In this document: one piece after another, positions 47,471 through 56,880 of the stretch
How the letters are laid out: the number at the start of each line of letters is the position of its first letter
How positions within the stretch are numbered: the first letter of the stretch is position 1
Source of the DNA: Alphaproteobacteria bacterium
GTDB taxonomy: Bacteria; Pseudomonadota; Alphaproteobacteria; Rs-D84; SZUA-605
Direction: 5' to 3'
DNA: 64,000 nt
Assembly: GCA_031549385.1 (NCBI GenBank)
Contig: JAVBPW010000005.1
Span: 64,001 to 128,000, forward strand
Program-made: the position numbers and the translations under genes
The notes under the pieces: model-generated
Seen by the model: only the letters and a program-made list of their open reading frames with translations
What the model was told of the DNA's origin: nothing
The model's database searches: none

Positions 47471-47720
47471 TTATCACCTCTTCAATAGATTGATAATTCT
47501 TGCGTTTGAATAATTGATTAAAGTCATCTTCATAACCTAAAACAGAGGCTATTTTTAATAAAGAGCTTAGTGAAATTTCACCAATATTTTCAAATCTTCT
47601 GATACTGCCAAAACTAACACCGGATCTGTTAGCAAGTTCCATTTGTGAAATCTTCGCCATCTTTCTAGCTTCCTTAACCCTTTCAACCAAATTTTGCTTA
47701 ATTGCTAATATATTATACAT
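47460..47720 (-). CDS. hipB: XRE-family HTH antitoxin (HipB-like)
   Basis: RK..KISQMELANRSGVSFGSIRRFE; overlaps hipA. Confidence 0.88.
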   Translation of the reverse strand: MYNILAIKQNLVERVKEARKMAKISQMELANRSGVSFGSIRRFENIGEISLSSLLKIASVLGYEDDFNQLFKRKNYQSIEEVINEK

Positions 47721-47809
47721 TTTACCTCTTTTTATTATTCAATTGTTAATATATTATACAAAAACTATATGATAAAGTAAAGTACTATTTAATACACGAA
47801 GGAGCAGGT

Positions 47810-48538
47810 TTACAATCTACTTAACCCCGTTTTCAAATCATAGTGCTTTTCATATATGTAGGTTAAAAAGGCAATAGCTTTATCTGTTATTACAATTTTA
47901 CCTTGCTTGTCTTTAAGTATAAGATTCATATCTATCATATACGAAACCCATTTATTATAATTAACATCAATTTGCCATTTTCGTTCATTTTTTTCTTTGT
48001 TGAAAAATGAATGCATCTTATAAGCAGTAGAAGTTTTATTTTTTTCTGACATTAAAAAATCTAAGAATGCTATCTGGCTTCCAAATATAGAATAATAAAT
48101 TTGTTCAAATTCTGTAGACATTCTAAAAATAGCGTCATCTCTAATCAAAATATCTACTTCATGAAAAGGGTTTTGTTTTAATTGTTTCTTTACATCTAAT
48201 ATAACCTTTTCAAGGTATTTTTTATAATTATTTTCTGGATATGGGGGCAAATTAATCCTTTTACGATTTCTTTTTGAAGGAGCATATTCTGTTTCATTTA
48301 GTTCCCCAGGAAGAGAATCTGTTATATGCGGTCTTTGTTCTAAAGGCTCCGCAGTTATCTTTCCATCTTTGTATCCAAATTTTGTTTTGCATAAAATTGA
48401 AATTAAAGTTTTTCGCAAACAAATAAAAACAACCAATGCAACAACAGGCCAGCTTGTTAGAAGCGGAATTGCCACTCCTTTAATAAAATAATCCAATCCT
48501 TTTCCTAACTCTACAATAACGATACAGGTTTCTTCCAT
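47810..48538 (-). CDS. Hypothetical protein with an N-terminal TM helix and a probable C-terminal winged helix
   Basis: TM segment SWPVVALVVFICL; FEQIY..IFGSQI...ITDKAIAFL; AAAGGA Shine-Dalgarno. Confidence 0.65.
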   Translation of the reverse strand: MEETCIVIVELGKGLDYFIKGVAIPLLTSWPVVALVVFICLRKTLISILCKTKFGYKDGKITAEPLEQRPHITDSLPGELNETEYAPSKRNRKRINLPPYPENNYKKYLEKVILDVKKQLKQNPFHEVDILIRDDAIFRMSTEFEQIYYSIFGSQIAFLDFLMSEKNKTSTAYKMHSFFNKEKNERKWQIDVNYNKWVSYMIDMNLILKDKQGKIVITDKAIAFLTYIYEKHYDLKTGLSRL

Positions 48539-48647
48539 ATTCATTCCTTTTTTCAATTACAACTAGAATTTACAACATACATAAAAGAAAAGCAAGGTTC
48601 ATAATTAATTATACAGAGTTGTCCCATACTGTATTTTTTTACCCACA

Positions 48648-48668
48648 CTGTCCCAAATTTGCCCCAAA
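48648..48668. repeat. Putative integrase arm-type sites near tRNA-Thr
   Basis: ctgtcccaaatttgccccaaa is identical to 35609-35629. Confidence 0.75.
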
Positions 48669-48736
48669 TGATAAAGTCGCACATACAAACAAAAAATCCA
48701 AAAGTTCTTAAACTTCTGGATTTTCAATGTTTTTAG

Positions 48737-48812
<76 letters not shown>

Positions 48813-48910
48813 TTGAATTTTTTAATATCAAGGATTATAACTAAATATCTTTAAATTTGCAAGTACTTTTTTAATATACTTAAATCAAATTTTAAGGTAT
48901 AATCTTATGT

Positions 48911-49567
48911 ATGATGAAAGATGAGGTTATTTTATTAAAAGTACAGAAAATCTTGGATATTATGCATAATCCAGAGACTGGTTTTATAAATAGAAATTTA
49001 GATATTGAGAGGTTGGCTAATAATAGAGAAGAAAGACCAATAGATACTAAATTTTCATTAACAGGAAAAGAAATATTTAAAAATCAATTAGGCAAAGCTG
49101 TTGGATGTACTGGAGTTGCTAAGGTTTTTTTACATCTTGTTGATAAGAATACTCTTGATGTTATAGGTGTTGTTACTACAGCTTTAGAAGCTTATAGTAA
49201 AGGTGTGGGTAATAGTGGTCATGTTATTGTTGCTGTTAAGTTAAATGATAAAAAATACCATATGTTTGATCCAGGAAAGAAAAATTTAAAATTGTTTGGA
49301 ACTACTCCTAAGATTGGAAAAGTTATTTATCATGAGCTTTTACTAAGAATAAAAGAAAAACCATATGTGATAACTGCAATTACTAAAGATTTGGAACAAA
49401 TTAAATCATTTGAAAATATTAAGAATATTTCTCTTAGTGGCAATGTAAATAGTGATAAATTGCTTTTTAATAAGAAAAAGTTAGAAACTAAAAATCTTTT
49501 AAATAAAACCAAAAATTTATTTAAAAAGAAAATTAATCTTTTTTCAAGAAATAAAGAAAGAGAATAA
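48911..49567 (+). CDS. Transglutaminase/papain-like Cys-His-Asp protein
   Basis: GCTGVAKVF...GHVIVAV...MFDPG. Confidence 0.6.
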   Translation: MMKDEVILLKVQKILDIMHNPETGFINRNLDIERLANNREERPIDTKFSLTGKEIFKNQLGKAVGCTGVAKVFLHLVDKNTLDVIGVVTTALEAYSKGVGNSGHVIVAVKLNDKKYHMFDPGKKNLKLFGTTPKIGKVIYHELLLRIKEKPYVITAITKDLEQIKSFENIKNISLSGNVNSDKLLFNKKKLETKNLLNKTKNLFKKKINLFSRNKERE

Positions 49568-49590
49568 AAAAAAGGCCTAATTGGCCTTTT

Positions 49591-49842
49591 TTATAAAAAG
49601 AAACTGTCTTCAGGGGTGATATGTTCTTTGTAGAATAACCATTTCCCATTTAATGCCAACCCGCGAAGCTTTTTTCCACCTGCATAAGTGTCCATTGTTA
49701 CTTTATCACCTTCTTTCGGAGTGACACCTTTTAAGTCTTCTTTATCCATTGTAACAGATGAACCATCTTCGAAATATACTTCAAAAAATCGATCTAACTG
49801 AAACTTTTTTTCAACTTTTTTAATTGTATCGGTATAGGCCAT
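49591..49842 (-). CDS. Small orphan protein (SD-less cassette gene)
   Basis: 83 aa; AAACTTAAAA leader; ATGACA-17-TATATT promoter; terminator around 49566-49592. Confidence 0.6.
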   Translation of the reverse strand: MAYTDTIKKVEKKFQLDRFFEVYFEDGSSVTMDKEDLKGVTPKEGDKVTMDTYAGGKKLRGLALNGKWLFYKEHITPEDSFFL

Positions 49843-49939
49843 AATATTGATTTTAAGTTTATTTTATTATTGATTAGATTCAATATAGGATATAAATTTT
49901 GATTTGTCATTAAAAAAGCTACCATAAGGTAGCTTTTAG

Positions 49940-51010
49940 TTATTCGTTTTCTCCTTGGTCGCCATCTGGAGAGGTTAGTTTTTCATTTAAAGTGTTTGAT
50001 TTTTCCATTACTTTTGCTTTAATGTCAGCAGCAATTTCTGGATTGTCTTTTAAATATTGTTTTGCAGCTTCTTTTCCTTGGCCAATTCTTTCTGAATTGT
50101 ATGAATACCAAGCACCTGCTTTTTCTACGATATCTAATTTTACTCCAAGATCAAGAATTTCAGCTGTTTGAGAAATTCCTTCACCATAAATTATTTCGAA
50201 ATCTACTACTTTGAAAGGTGGAGCCATTTTGTTTTTTACTACTTTAACTTTTGTTTCATTTCCAATTACTTCTTCACGATCTTTGATTGCGCCAGTTCTT
50301 CTGATGTCTAATCTTACAGAAGCGTAGAACTTTAATGCGTTTCCACCAGTTGTTGTTTCTGGAGATCCAAACATTACTCCGATTTTCATTCTGATTTGGT
50401 TAATGAAAATTATTATACAGCCAGTTTTTGCAACTGATGCTGTTAGTTTTCTTAAAGCTTGTGACATTAATCTTGCTTGTTTTCCTACATGATGGTCTCC
50501 CATTTCACCTTCAAGTTCATCACGTGGGGTGAGGGCGGCTACTGAGTCAATTACTACTATATCAACTGCACCTGATCTTACTAATGTGTCTGCAATTTCT
50601 AATGCTTGTTCACCTGAGTCTGGTTGAGAGATTACTAAATCTTTTACATTTACTCCTAATTTTTGTGCATAAACAATATCAAGAGCGTGTTCTGCGTCAA
50701 TAAATCCAGCATATCCACCTGCTTTTTGTGCTTCCGCTACACAGTGTAGAGCTAATGTTGTTTTTCCTGATGATTCTGGTCCATAGATTTCTACAATTCT
50801 TCCTTTTGGTAAACCGCCAATTCCTAAGGCTATATCAAGTCCCAATGAACCTGTTGAGATTGCTGGACATTTCTCGATTTTATCCAAATCACCAAATTTC
50901 ATGATAGAGCCTTTACCAAATGATTTTTCAATTTGGGCTAGGGCTGCTTCAAGTGCTTTGTTTGATGCTTTTGATTCTGGAGCTTGTTCTTTTACTTTTT
51001 CTTTTGCCAT
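49940..51010 (-). CDS. recA: Recombinase RecA
   Basis: [42 protein letters not shown]; ATG at 51010. Confidence 0.98.
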   Translation of the reverse strand: MAKEKVKEQAPESKASNKALEAALAQIEKSFGKGSIMKFGDLDKIEKCPAISTGSLGLDIALGIGGLPKGRIVEIYGPESSGKTTLALHCVAEAQKAGGYAGFIDAEHALDIVYAQKLGVNVKDLVISQPDSGEQALEIADTLVRSGAVDIVVIDSVAALTPRDELEGEMGDHHVGKQARLMSQALRKLTASVAKTGCIIIFINQIRMKIGVMFGSPETTTGGNALKFYASVRLDIRRTGAIKDREEVIGNETKVKVVKNKMAPPFKVVDFEIIYGEGISQTAEILDLGVKLDIVEKAGAWYSYNSERIGQGKEAAKQYLKDNPEIAADIKAKVMEKSNTLNEKLTSPDGDQGENE

Positions 51011-51113
51011 GTTGTACTTCCTCTTTTTTATAATAGTGTTGATTTTAGCATTTCTAAAATAAAAAGCAAACAAAAAAAACCGCCCAAAAGGGCGGCGGTT
51101 AGTTTAGATACTA

Positions 51114-51305
51114 CTAATTGTAAAATTGTTTTTCGTTTACAGGGTTTTCGTTATACATAATGCATAAATAAAGAATTGTGTATAAAAAAAGCCATAGTTT
51201 AGTATATGGGAGTTCAAGGAATAATATTCCCCAGGTTCCTAAGACATAAATAATAATGTCTAAATTTCGGATGAAATTTTTCATCCCCTGATTAATGGTT
51301 TTCAT
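51114..51305 (-). CDS. Small hydrophobic orphan protein
   Basis: 63 aa; AAACTTAAAAA leader; double TAG stop; terminator follows. Confidence 0.5.
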   Translation of the reverse strand: MKTINQGMKNFIRNLDIIIYVLGTWGILFLELPYTKLWLFLYTILYLCIMYNENPVNEKQFYN

Positions 51306-51339
51306 ATATAATTTTTAAGTTTAATTATTAAAAAAATCT

Positions 51340-51735
51340 TTATAGCTTTTCAAGCTTGTAATTCATATCTGATTTAATTTCATTACCTTCTTGGTCTAGT
51401 TTTTCTAATGTTCTTCTGTTTACTATTTTATAAAATACATCCTCGTTTTTATCATAACCTAGTTGAATTATTTTTCCATCTTCTGATGGTGTCCATTTTC
51501 CAACTTCTGTAAATATTTCATCTGATTTACCTATGTATTGAGTTTCTAAGAAATATGTGAAGTCTTGTCTCACTGTTAATTTTGTTCTTATACCTTCACA
51601 ATCTGCACATGGAAGTACTCCTGCATAAATGCCTACTGGTGATGTTTTTGAATCTTTGATGAAAATTAAATATAGTGAGAATGCTAATAGGATTACTATT
51701 ATTACATTTAATACTTTTTTTACTTTTGGTGACAT
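51340..51735 (-). CDS. NlpE/CutF N-terminal domain protein
   Basis: G.YAGVLPCADCEGI.T.L...LDQEG..I.S..NY.L. Confidence 0.88.
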   Translation of the reverse strand: MSPKVKKVLNVIIVILLAFSLYLIFIKDSKTSPVGIYAGVLPCADCEGIRTKLTVRQDFTYFLETQYIGKSDEIFTEVGKWTPSEDGKIIQLGYDKNEDVFYKIVNRRTLEKLDQEGNEIKSDMNYKLEKL

Positions 51736-51827
51736 GGTATCTCTCCTTTACTTTTTAAAAGTATAAAATATAAAATTTTGTTTTTCAAATAAAAAAAACC
51801 GCATAATGCGGTTTTAGAAAAAGATTT

Positions 51828-52448
51828 TTAACATTTTCCATTTACTTTACTTCTGCGAACTTCAATGTCATTTGGTAACCCTTCGTATTTTGGACAATGT
51901 GTTATTTGAATATCAGTGAATGCGAAATTTGTTTTTTCAAATCCAGTGAAATTCGAACATTTCTTTACAAATACAAATGGTGCATGAAAGCCTTCCGGAA
52001 ATCTTGTGAAGTTGCTACAGTTAATAATATAAATTTTATTTACAGTATCTCTTCTTTTGCATTGGAAATAGCTTTGTCCAAGAACAAATCCTTTTGTAAA
52101 TCCTACAAAAGATTGATCGTTTTTAATTTTTACATATTCATCATTTTTGGCTATTTTGATTTTATAGTAATCAAAACATCCGTTGTGTTCAAATATATAA
52201 AAACTTCCAAGTATTGGAGAGTTCCATTCTTGATTTGCTAAAACCTTTACCATCACGGTAAGAGGGAAGTTGGCTTTTATTACAAAAAAACAAATTATAG
52301 CTACAAATGCTGTTGCTATTGTGCCAACTAATGGATTACGTTGAATTGTTAGAATGGCTAAATAAGCAACAACAAATGTTGTAGCGGAAAAGAAAATTAT
52401 GGCGAATATTTGCCATCCATCAGGTCGTAAAACTTTGTACTTTTTCAT
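51828..52448 (-). CDS. Two-TM orphan protein (SD-less cassette gene)
   Basis: ATG 52448; AAACTTAAAAA leader; TTGACA-17-TATATT promoter; C-terminal CSNFT repeats. Confidence 0.6.
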   Translation of the reverse strand: MKKYKVLRPDGWQIFAIIFFSATTFVVAYLAILTIQRNPLVGTIATAFVAIICFFVIKANFPLTVMVKVLANQEWNSPILGSFYIFEHNGCFDYYKIKIAKNDEYVKIKNDQSFVGFTKGFVLGQSYFQCKRRDTVNKIYIINCSNFTRFPEGFHAPFVFVKKCSNFTGFEKTNFAFTDIQITHCPKYEGLPNDIEVRRSKVNGKC

Positions 52449-52602
52449 TGTCGATTTTTTTAAGTTTGATTTATTAGAATTTATAAGAAATATAGTTGTG
52501 AAATTTTCTTTTGTCAAGCTAAACAAGTAACTTGACATGTTTAAATCTGATTGATATAGTGCATTGGCAAAATTGGGAATTATAAAACAAAAGGAATAAA
52601 AG

Positions 52603-53169
52603 ATGAATCCATGGCATGATATTGAAAATTTTAAAGATGTACCTGAAACTGTTAAGGCTATTATAGAAATACCTAAAGAATCTAAGGTGAAATACGAACT
52701 TGATAAAGAAACTGGGTTGTTAAAACTTGATAGAGTTTTATATTCTGCTGTGCATTATCCTGCTAATTATGGGTTTATTCCTCAAACTTATTGTGATGAT
52801 AAAGATCCTCTTGATATTTTAGTTCTTGGGGCAGAGCCTGCTATACCTCTTTGTATTATTAGAGCTAAACCTATTGGAGTTATGAAAATGGTTGATGGTG
52901 GGGAAACAGATGATAAAATTATAGCCGTAAATGTTGGGGATCCTGGATTTAATCACTATTCTCATATTGATCAACTTCCACCACATACACTTATTAATTT
53001 ACAAAGATTTTTTAAGGACTACAAAAAATTAGAAGAAAAAGATGTGAAAATCGAAATGCTTCTTGGTCCTGTGGATGCTAAACGAATTATTATTGAAGCT
53101 ATGCAACTTTACCAAAAAGAAAAAGAAAATTTGATAAAGCCTTGTTGCTGTAAAGGTGAAAAGAGCTAA
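52603..53169 (+). CDS. ppa: Family I inorganic pyrophosphatase
   Basis: KYELDK, YPANYGFIPQT, DDKDPLD, DGGETDDK. Confidence 0.95.
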   Translation: MNPWHDIENFKDVPETVKAIIEIPKESKVKYELDKETGLLKLDRVLYSAVHYPANYGFIPQTYCDDKDPLDILVLGAEPAIPLCIIRAKPIGVMKMVDGGETDDKIIAVNVGDPGFNHYSHIDQLPPHTLINLQRFFKDYKKLEEKDVKIEMLLGPVDAKRIIIEAMQLYQKEKENLIKPCCCKGEKS

Positions 53170-53264
53170 GAAATTAGCTCTTTTTTATTGCAATTTGTAA
53201 TAAGTATGGTAGAAATGTTGGTATAAACTTAAAAATCAAAATTAAAATCTAAATTTTATTATAT

Positions 53265-53756
53265 ATGAATACAAAAATGTTTCTAGCAACATCTGAAAAA
53301 CCTTTAAGAGAATGGTTATCATCTTTTTTTGATGTGAGAACTGCTTATCTTAATGATGAACTTATTGGTTCTATGGTTGATTATAGTGAATTAACCGAAG
53401 ATTTGGTTATTGGTGTGGCTAAACGGATAGAAAAAGAATTTGCTACCAGTTTTGGAAACTATTCAAACCGAGTACTTATCAAAAAAGATGGTGAAGACGA
53501 AGAGGGAGTTATTTCAACTGTTACTGTTGAGTTGAAAAGTAAGGATATTGTATTTCCTACAAACTATCCTCAATTCTTTACATTTGATAAAGATGGAAAG
53601 ACATATGCGTTTTTTGAACAGGGAAATTATAATCCTAATTATTTGCGTAATGGTGATCCTGGCTTTGAAGTTTGGTTTGATCAAGTTATGAACTTTATCA
53701 AATGTAACAAAGCCCGAATGTTCATTGGGGAATATTATAAACGTATTTATCTGTAA
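53265..53756 (+). CDS. Orphan protein (SD-less cassette gene)
   Basis: 163 aa; AAACTTAAAAA at 53225-53235; terminator at 53764-53790. Confidence 0.65.
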   Translation: MNTKMFLATSEKPLREWLSSFFDVRTAYLNDELIGSMVDYSELTEDLVIGVAKRIEKEFATSFGNYSNRVLIKKDGEDEEGVISTVTVELKSKDIVFPTNYPQFFTFDKDGKTYAFFEQGNYNPNYLRNGDPGFEVWFDQVMNFIKCNKARMFIGEYYKRIYL

Positions 53757-53832
53757 ATTTATTGCCTTTCATTTTATGAAAGGCTTTTTTTATTGAAAAC
53801 TTTTAAATTATCAATTATGTTATTGAATGTCT

Positions 53833-53920
53833 GGAAGGGTCGCATAGTGGTCTAGTGCACTCGCTTGGAAAGCGAGCAGGTGTTACAGCCTCGGAAGTTC
53901 GAATCTTCTCCCTTCCGCCA
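53833..53920 (+). tRNA. tRNA-Ser(GGA)
   Basis: CTCGC-TT GGA AA-GCGAG, long variable arm, GCCA end. Confidence 0.96.
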
Positions 53921-53980
53921 TATTTTTTGAAAAAGATGTTGATTTTTGACTTTGATAATGATATTTTATTACAAGTCTTT

Positions 53981-54057
53981 GGGTTTGTAGCTCAGTTGGT
54001 TAGAGCAGGCCGCTCATAACGGTCTGGTCGCAGGTTCGAGTCCTGCCAAACCCACCA
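53981..54057 (+). tRNA. tRNA-Ile2(CAT) (CAU anticodon, probably lysidine-modified)
   Basis: GGCCG-CT CAT AA-CGGTC; paired G1-C72 excludes the initiator; GGG start is typical of Ile2. Confidence 0.85.
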
Positions 54058-54075
54058 ATGTTTTTGTGAGGAAAC

Positions 54076-54678
54076 ATGTCTGTTATAATAAATTTCAAAA
54101 TTTGTGATAATGCTAAAGAATGTGGGAGGATTGAAGTTTGTCCTGTTAATGCTATTTATTGGAATGAAGAAAAAGAAATAATTGAAACTAATAATGATAA
54201 ATGTGTAAATTGTTCTAAATGTATTAATGCCTGTCCTGTTGGGGCAATTAAAGTTGCTAAAAATCAAAAAGAATTTGAAGAAATTAAAAGAAAAATAGAT
54301 GAAGATACAAGAAAACCTTCTGAACTTTTCGTTGATAGATATGGTGCAGTTCCTATTTTTAAAAAAATATTAAAAGATAAAAGTGAAATAAAAGATTTTT
54401 TAGTAAATCAAGAAGGTTTGGTAATTATGGAATTGTTTGATGATAGTTCTATCAATTGTTTATTGAAATCTATACCTGTTAATGAATTATTTAAAAATGA
54501 AATTTTAAGTTATATAAAAATTGAAACTGATGATAATTTATTATCGGAATATGAGATTGAGGAATTACCAGCATTAACTGTTTTTAAAGATGGAAATTTT
54601 ATTGGTAAAATAGAAGGTTATTTTGACGAAACTCAAAAGGAAGAATTAATAAATAAAATCCAAAAAATTATTTATTAG
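54076..54678 (+). CDS. 4Fe-4S ferredoxin fused to a thioredoxin-like domain
   Basis: CDNAKEC...CP and CVNCSKCINACP; C-terminal LPAL.VFKDG..IGKIEG. Confidence 0.85.
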   Translation: MSVIINFKICDNAKECGRIEVCPVNAIYWNEEKEIIETNNDKCVNCSKCINACPVGAIKVAKNQKEFEEIKRKIDEDTRKPSELFVDRYGAVPIFKKILKDKSEIKDFLVNQEGLVIMELFDDSSINCLLKSIPVNELFKNEILSYIKIETDDNLLSEYEIEELPALTVFKDGNFIGKIEGYFDETQKEELINKIQKIIY

Positions 54679-55357
54679 CTTTCCATCGTGTTGAAGCGTG
54701 GGAGTCGTTGCAAAATGGTTTGTTTTCTGAATGTCCACAACGACACAGTGTTTGACGATTGCGAACTTCATAACTTTTGCCTTCCGCTGATTCTACTCTT
54801 ATTCCTCCACGTATCCACAATGGGCCGCTGATTTTTAAATGTGGATCTTCAAGTGTACAGATCTCTTGAGGGAGTTTTTCTTCCAATACATTACCTTCTT
54901 TATCTAAGATAATTAAACGGCCAGCAGGGCACTTGCATGTTTGTCTTATTGCTTCTTCATCACTTTTTTTATCACCCATTTGAACTAGATTCCAAATTCT
55001 TCCATTAGCATCACAAAACCTTGCAAATGCACAATAATCCTAATTGTCTAATAATGTTAGATTTGGTCCTTCGATGGATTCTGCATTATTTGCTATTGGA
55101 GAAAAGCTTGCTGTTTCTGTTCCATCAAAATTTTTTGCTACATGTGCTCCATCACAAAATGGAGGAGTTTTAGAATGACCACAACGACATAATGCTACTG
55201 GGTCTGATTTTATTTCAAATGTTTGACCATCACCATATTTAACTGATATTCCATCTTCATCTGTTAGTATTATTTTTTCTGATAAATTTTTTACTCCAAA
55301 TACTAAATATGGACCATCTTTCATTACTTTTATATATGGTTGTTTTGTTTCTGACAT
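54668..55357 (-). pseudogene. CDGSH / divergent 4Fe-4S / CDGSH protein interrupted by one in-frame TAG (pseudogene or read-through gene)
   Basis: ORFs 55040-55357 and 54668-54979 share a frame. Reading through TAG at 55040-55042 gives ...LLDN*DYCAFARFCDANGRIWNLVQMGD..., 229 aa. Confidence 0.85.
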
Positions 55358-55465
55358 TTTTTATTCCTCACCTTTGATATAGTTTTATCATTTTATGATT
55401 TCAATATCAAGAAAGAAAAAAGCTACCAGAATGGTAGCTTTTCTCCTTCGTACATTTCTTTAAGC

Positions 55466-55780
55466 CTATTTTGCAGTTGTTGTGCCTGTTGACTTTGATG
55501 CTTTTGCTATTGTGATTGCAGCCATAACTATTTGTGTCATTTCATCACTTGATTCTGTTGCTTTGTCAGCTAATCTTGCTTTGCATGTTTCTGTGATTTG
55601 TTTTGCCATTGTTTTTGTTGGTAATGCTGATGTTGTTGGATTTAACATCATTACTAATGCTTGTTCTTTTGCACATGATTGGAAATCATTTTTTGCGTTT
55701 GTTGCTGATGTTTTTGCATCTTGAATAGAACATGCTGTTAATGCTAATGCAGATAATACTGCTACTGATAATGTTTTCAT
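55466..55780 (-). CDS. Lipoprotein, hypothetical
   Basis: Lipobox LTAC; AGGAG Shine-Dalgarno. Confidence 0.75.
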   Translation of the reverse strand: MKTLSVAVLSALALTACSIQDAKTSATNAKNDFQSCAKEQALVMMLNPTTSALPTKTMAKQITETCKARLADKATESSDEMTQIVMAAITIAKASKSTGTTTAK

Positions 55781-55916
55781 TTTATTTTCTCCTTTTTGTT
55801 TTCATAAGATTTTAGAAAAACATTATTAAAATGTCAACTTAAAAAAATAGCTTGTTTTTTATTCTTCAAATAACTATAATGTCCTTGGTTAACCTCATAA
55901 TATAAGGAGAAAAATT

Positions 55917-56354
55917 ATGAAAAAAATTATGGCTATAACAGCATGTGCACTATGTGTAACTTCATTTGCTCACGCTGACAACGTAGGTTGCGGATTAGGA
56001 TCAGTTCTTTTCAGCGGACAAAAGGGTTTAGCTTTTGATCTTGGTGCATCTTTTACTAATGGAATCTTTTCTAACCAAGCTTTTGGTATGACAACAGGAT
56101 CTTTTGGATGTAAAAAAGACGTAAGAATCGAAAGACGTGTTCTTTTTGCATACATGATGGAAAATTATGAACAATTTGCTATGGAAGCTGCAACAGGAAA
56201 TGATGGCGAAGCTATGAAAGGTGCTGCTAAATTAGTTAACATGGATTCAAAAGAATTAGCAAAATTAACACATGATAATTTTGATAAAATCTTTGGTCAT
56301 GGAAATGACGTTTCTGAAGTTACAGAAAATATTTATGACTTAATTGAAGCTTAA
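55917..56354 (+). CDS. DUF3015-family secreted protein
   Basis: GCGLGS.LF.GQ.G...TNG..SNQ.FGMTTG..GC. Confidence 0.85.
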   Translation: MKKIMAITACALCVTSFAHADNVGCGLGSVLFSGQKGLAFDLGASFTNGIFSNQAFGMTTGSFGCKKDVRIERRVLFAYMMENYEQFAMEAATGNDGEAMKGAAKLVNMDSKELAKLTHDNFDKIFGHGNDVSEVTENIYDLIEA

Positions 56355-56466
56355 TTAATAAAGTTTTGAAAATATATAACCCTCGAAAGAGGGTTTTTGT
56401 TTTTTTAATAGATTTTATTTAAATAAAAAACCGCCAAGATGGCAGTTTTGAAACTCTGTATTAAAA

Positions 56467-56775
56467 TTAGTTTCCTGTTACTACTGTGCAGCTTTTTGCA
56501 TATAATCCTAATACACCAAAGTTGTCTAAGCTAACAGATGATACGTTTGTGATTTTAGCATCTTTTTTAGCTGCTTCAACTGATGCGTCACCCATTACAA
56601 CTAGGCCTAAGAAATTTTCTGCGCAAGCTGTTCCTGTTTTAGATGCACCTGAATTAGATGTTGCCATTACTGGAGCTTTAGTTTGTGTAACTAATCCGCC
56701 CATTCCTGCTGGTTGTGATGTGTATGCGCAAGCGCCTAATAATGCTACTGTTGATAATATTGTTAATTTTTTCAT
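56467..56775 (-). CDS. TRL-like lipoprotein
   Basis: Lipobox LGAC; K.G.AC....LGLV..GDASVEAA...I..V.S...CT.V.G. Confidence 0.85.
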   Translation of the reverse strand: MKKLTILSTVALLGACAYTSQPAGMGGLVTQTKAPVMATSNSGASKTGTACAENFLGLVVMGDASVEAAKKDAKITNVSSVSLDNFGVLGLYAKSCTVVTGN

Positions 56776-56880
56776 GTAAATCTCCTTTAAAGTTTAACGG
56801 GCTGAATTTTACTAGAATTATTTACTATAGTCAACGGTTTTTTATTGCTTTATTCTTTTATTATTGTTATTTTACTTGGA

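Noticed and set aside
53992-54267. 91-aa minus-strand ORF and other short antisense ORFs in the track
   Set aside because: These are shadow ORFs opposite tRNA-Ile2 or opposite well-supported genes.
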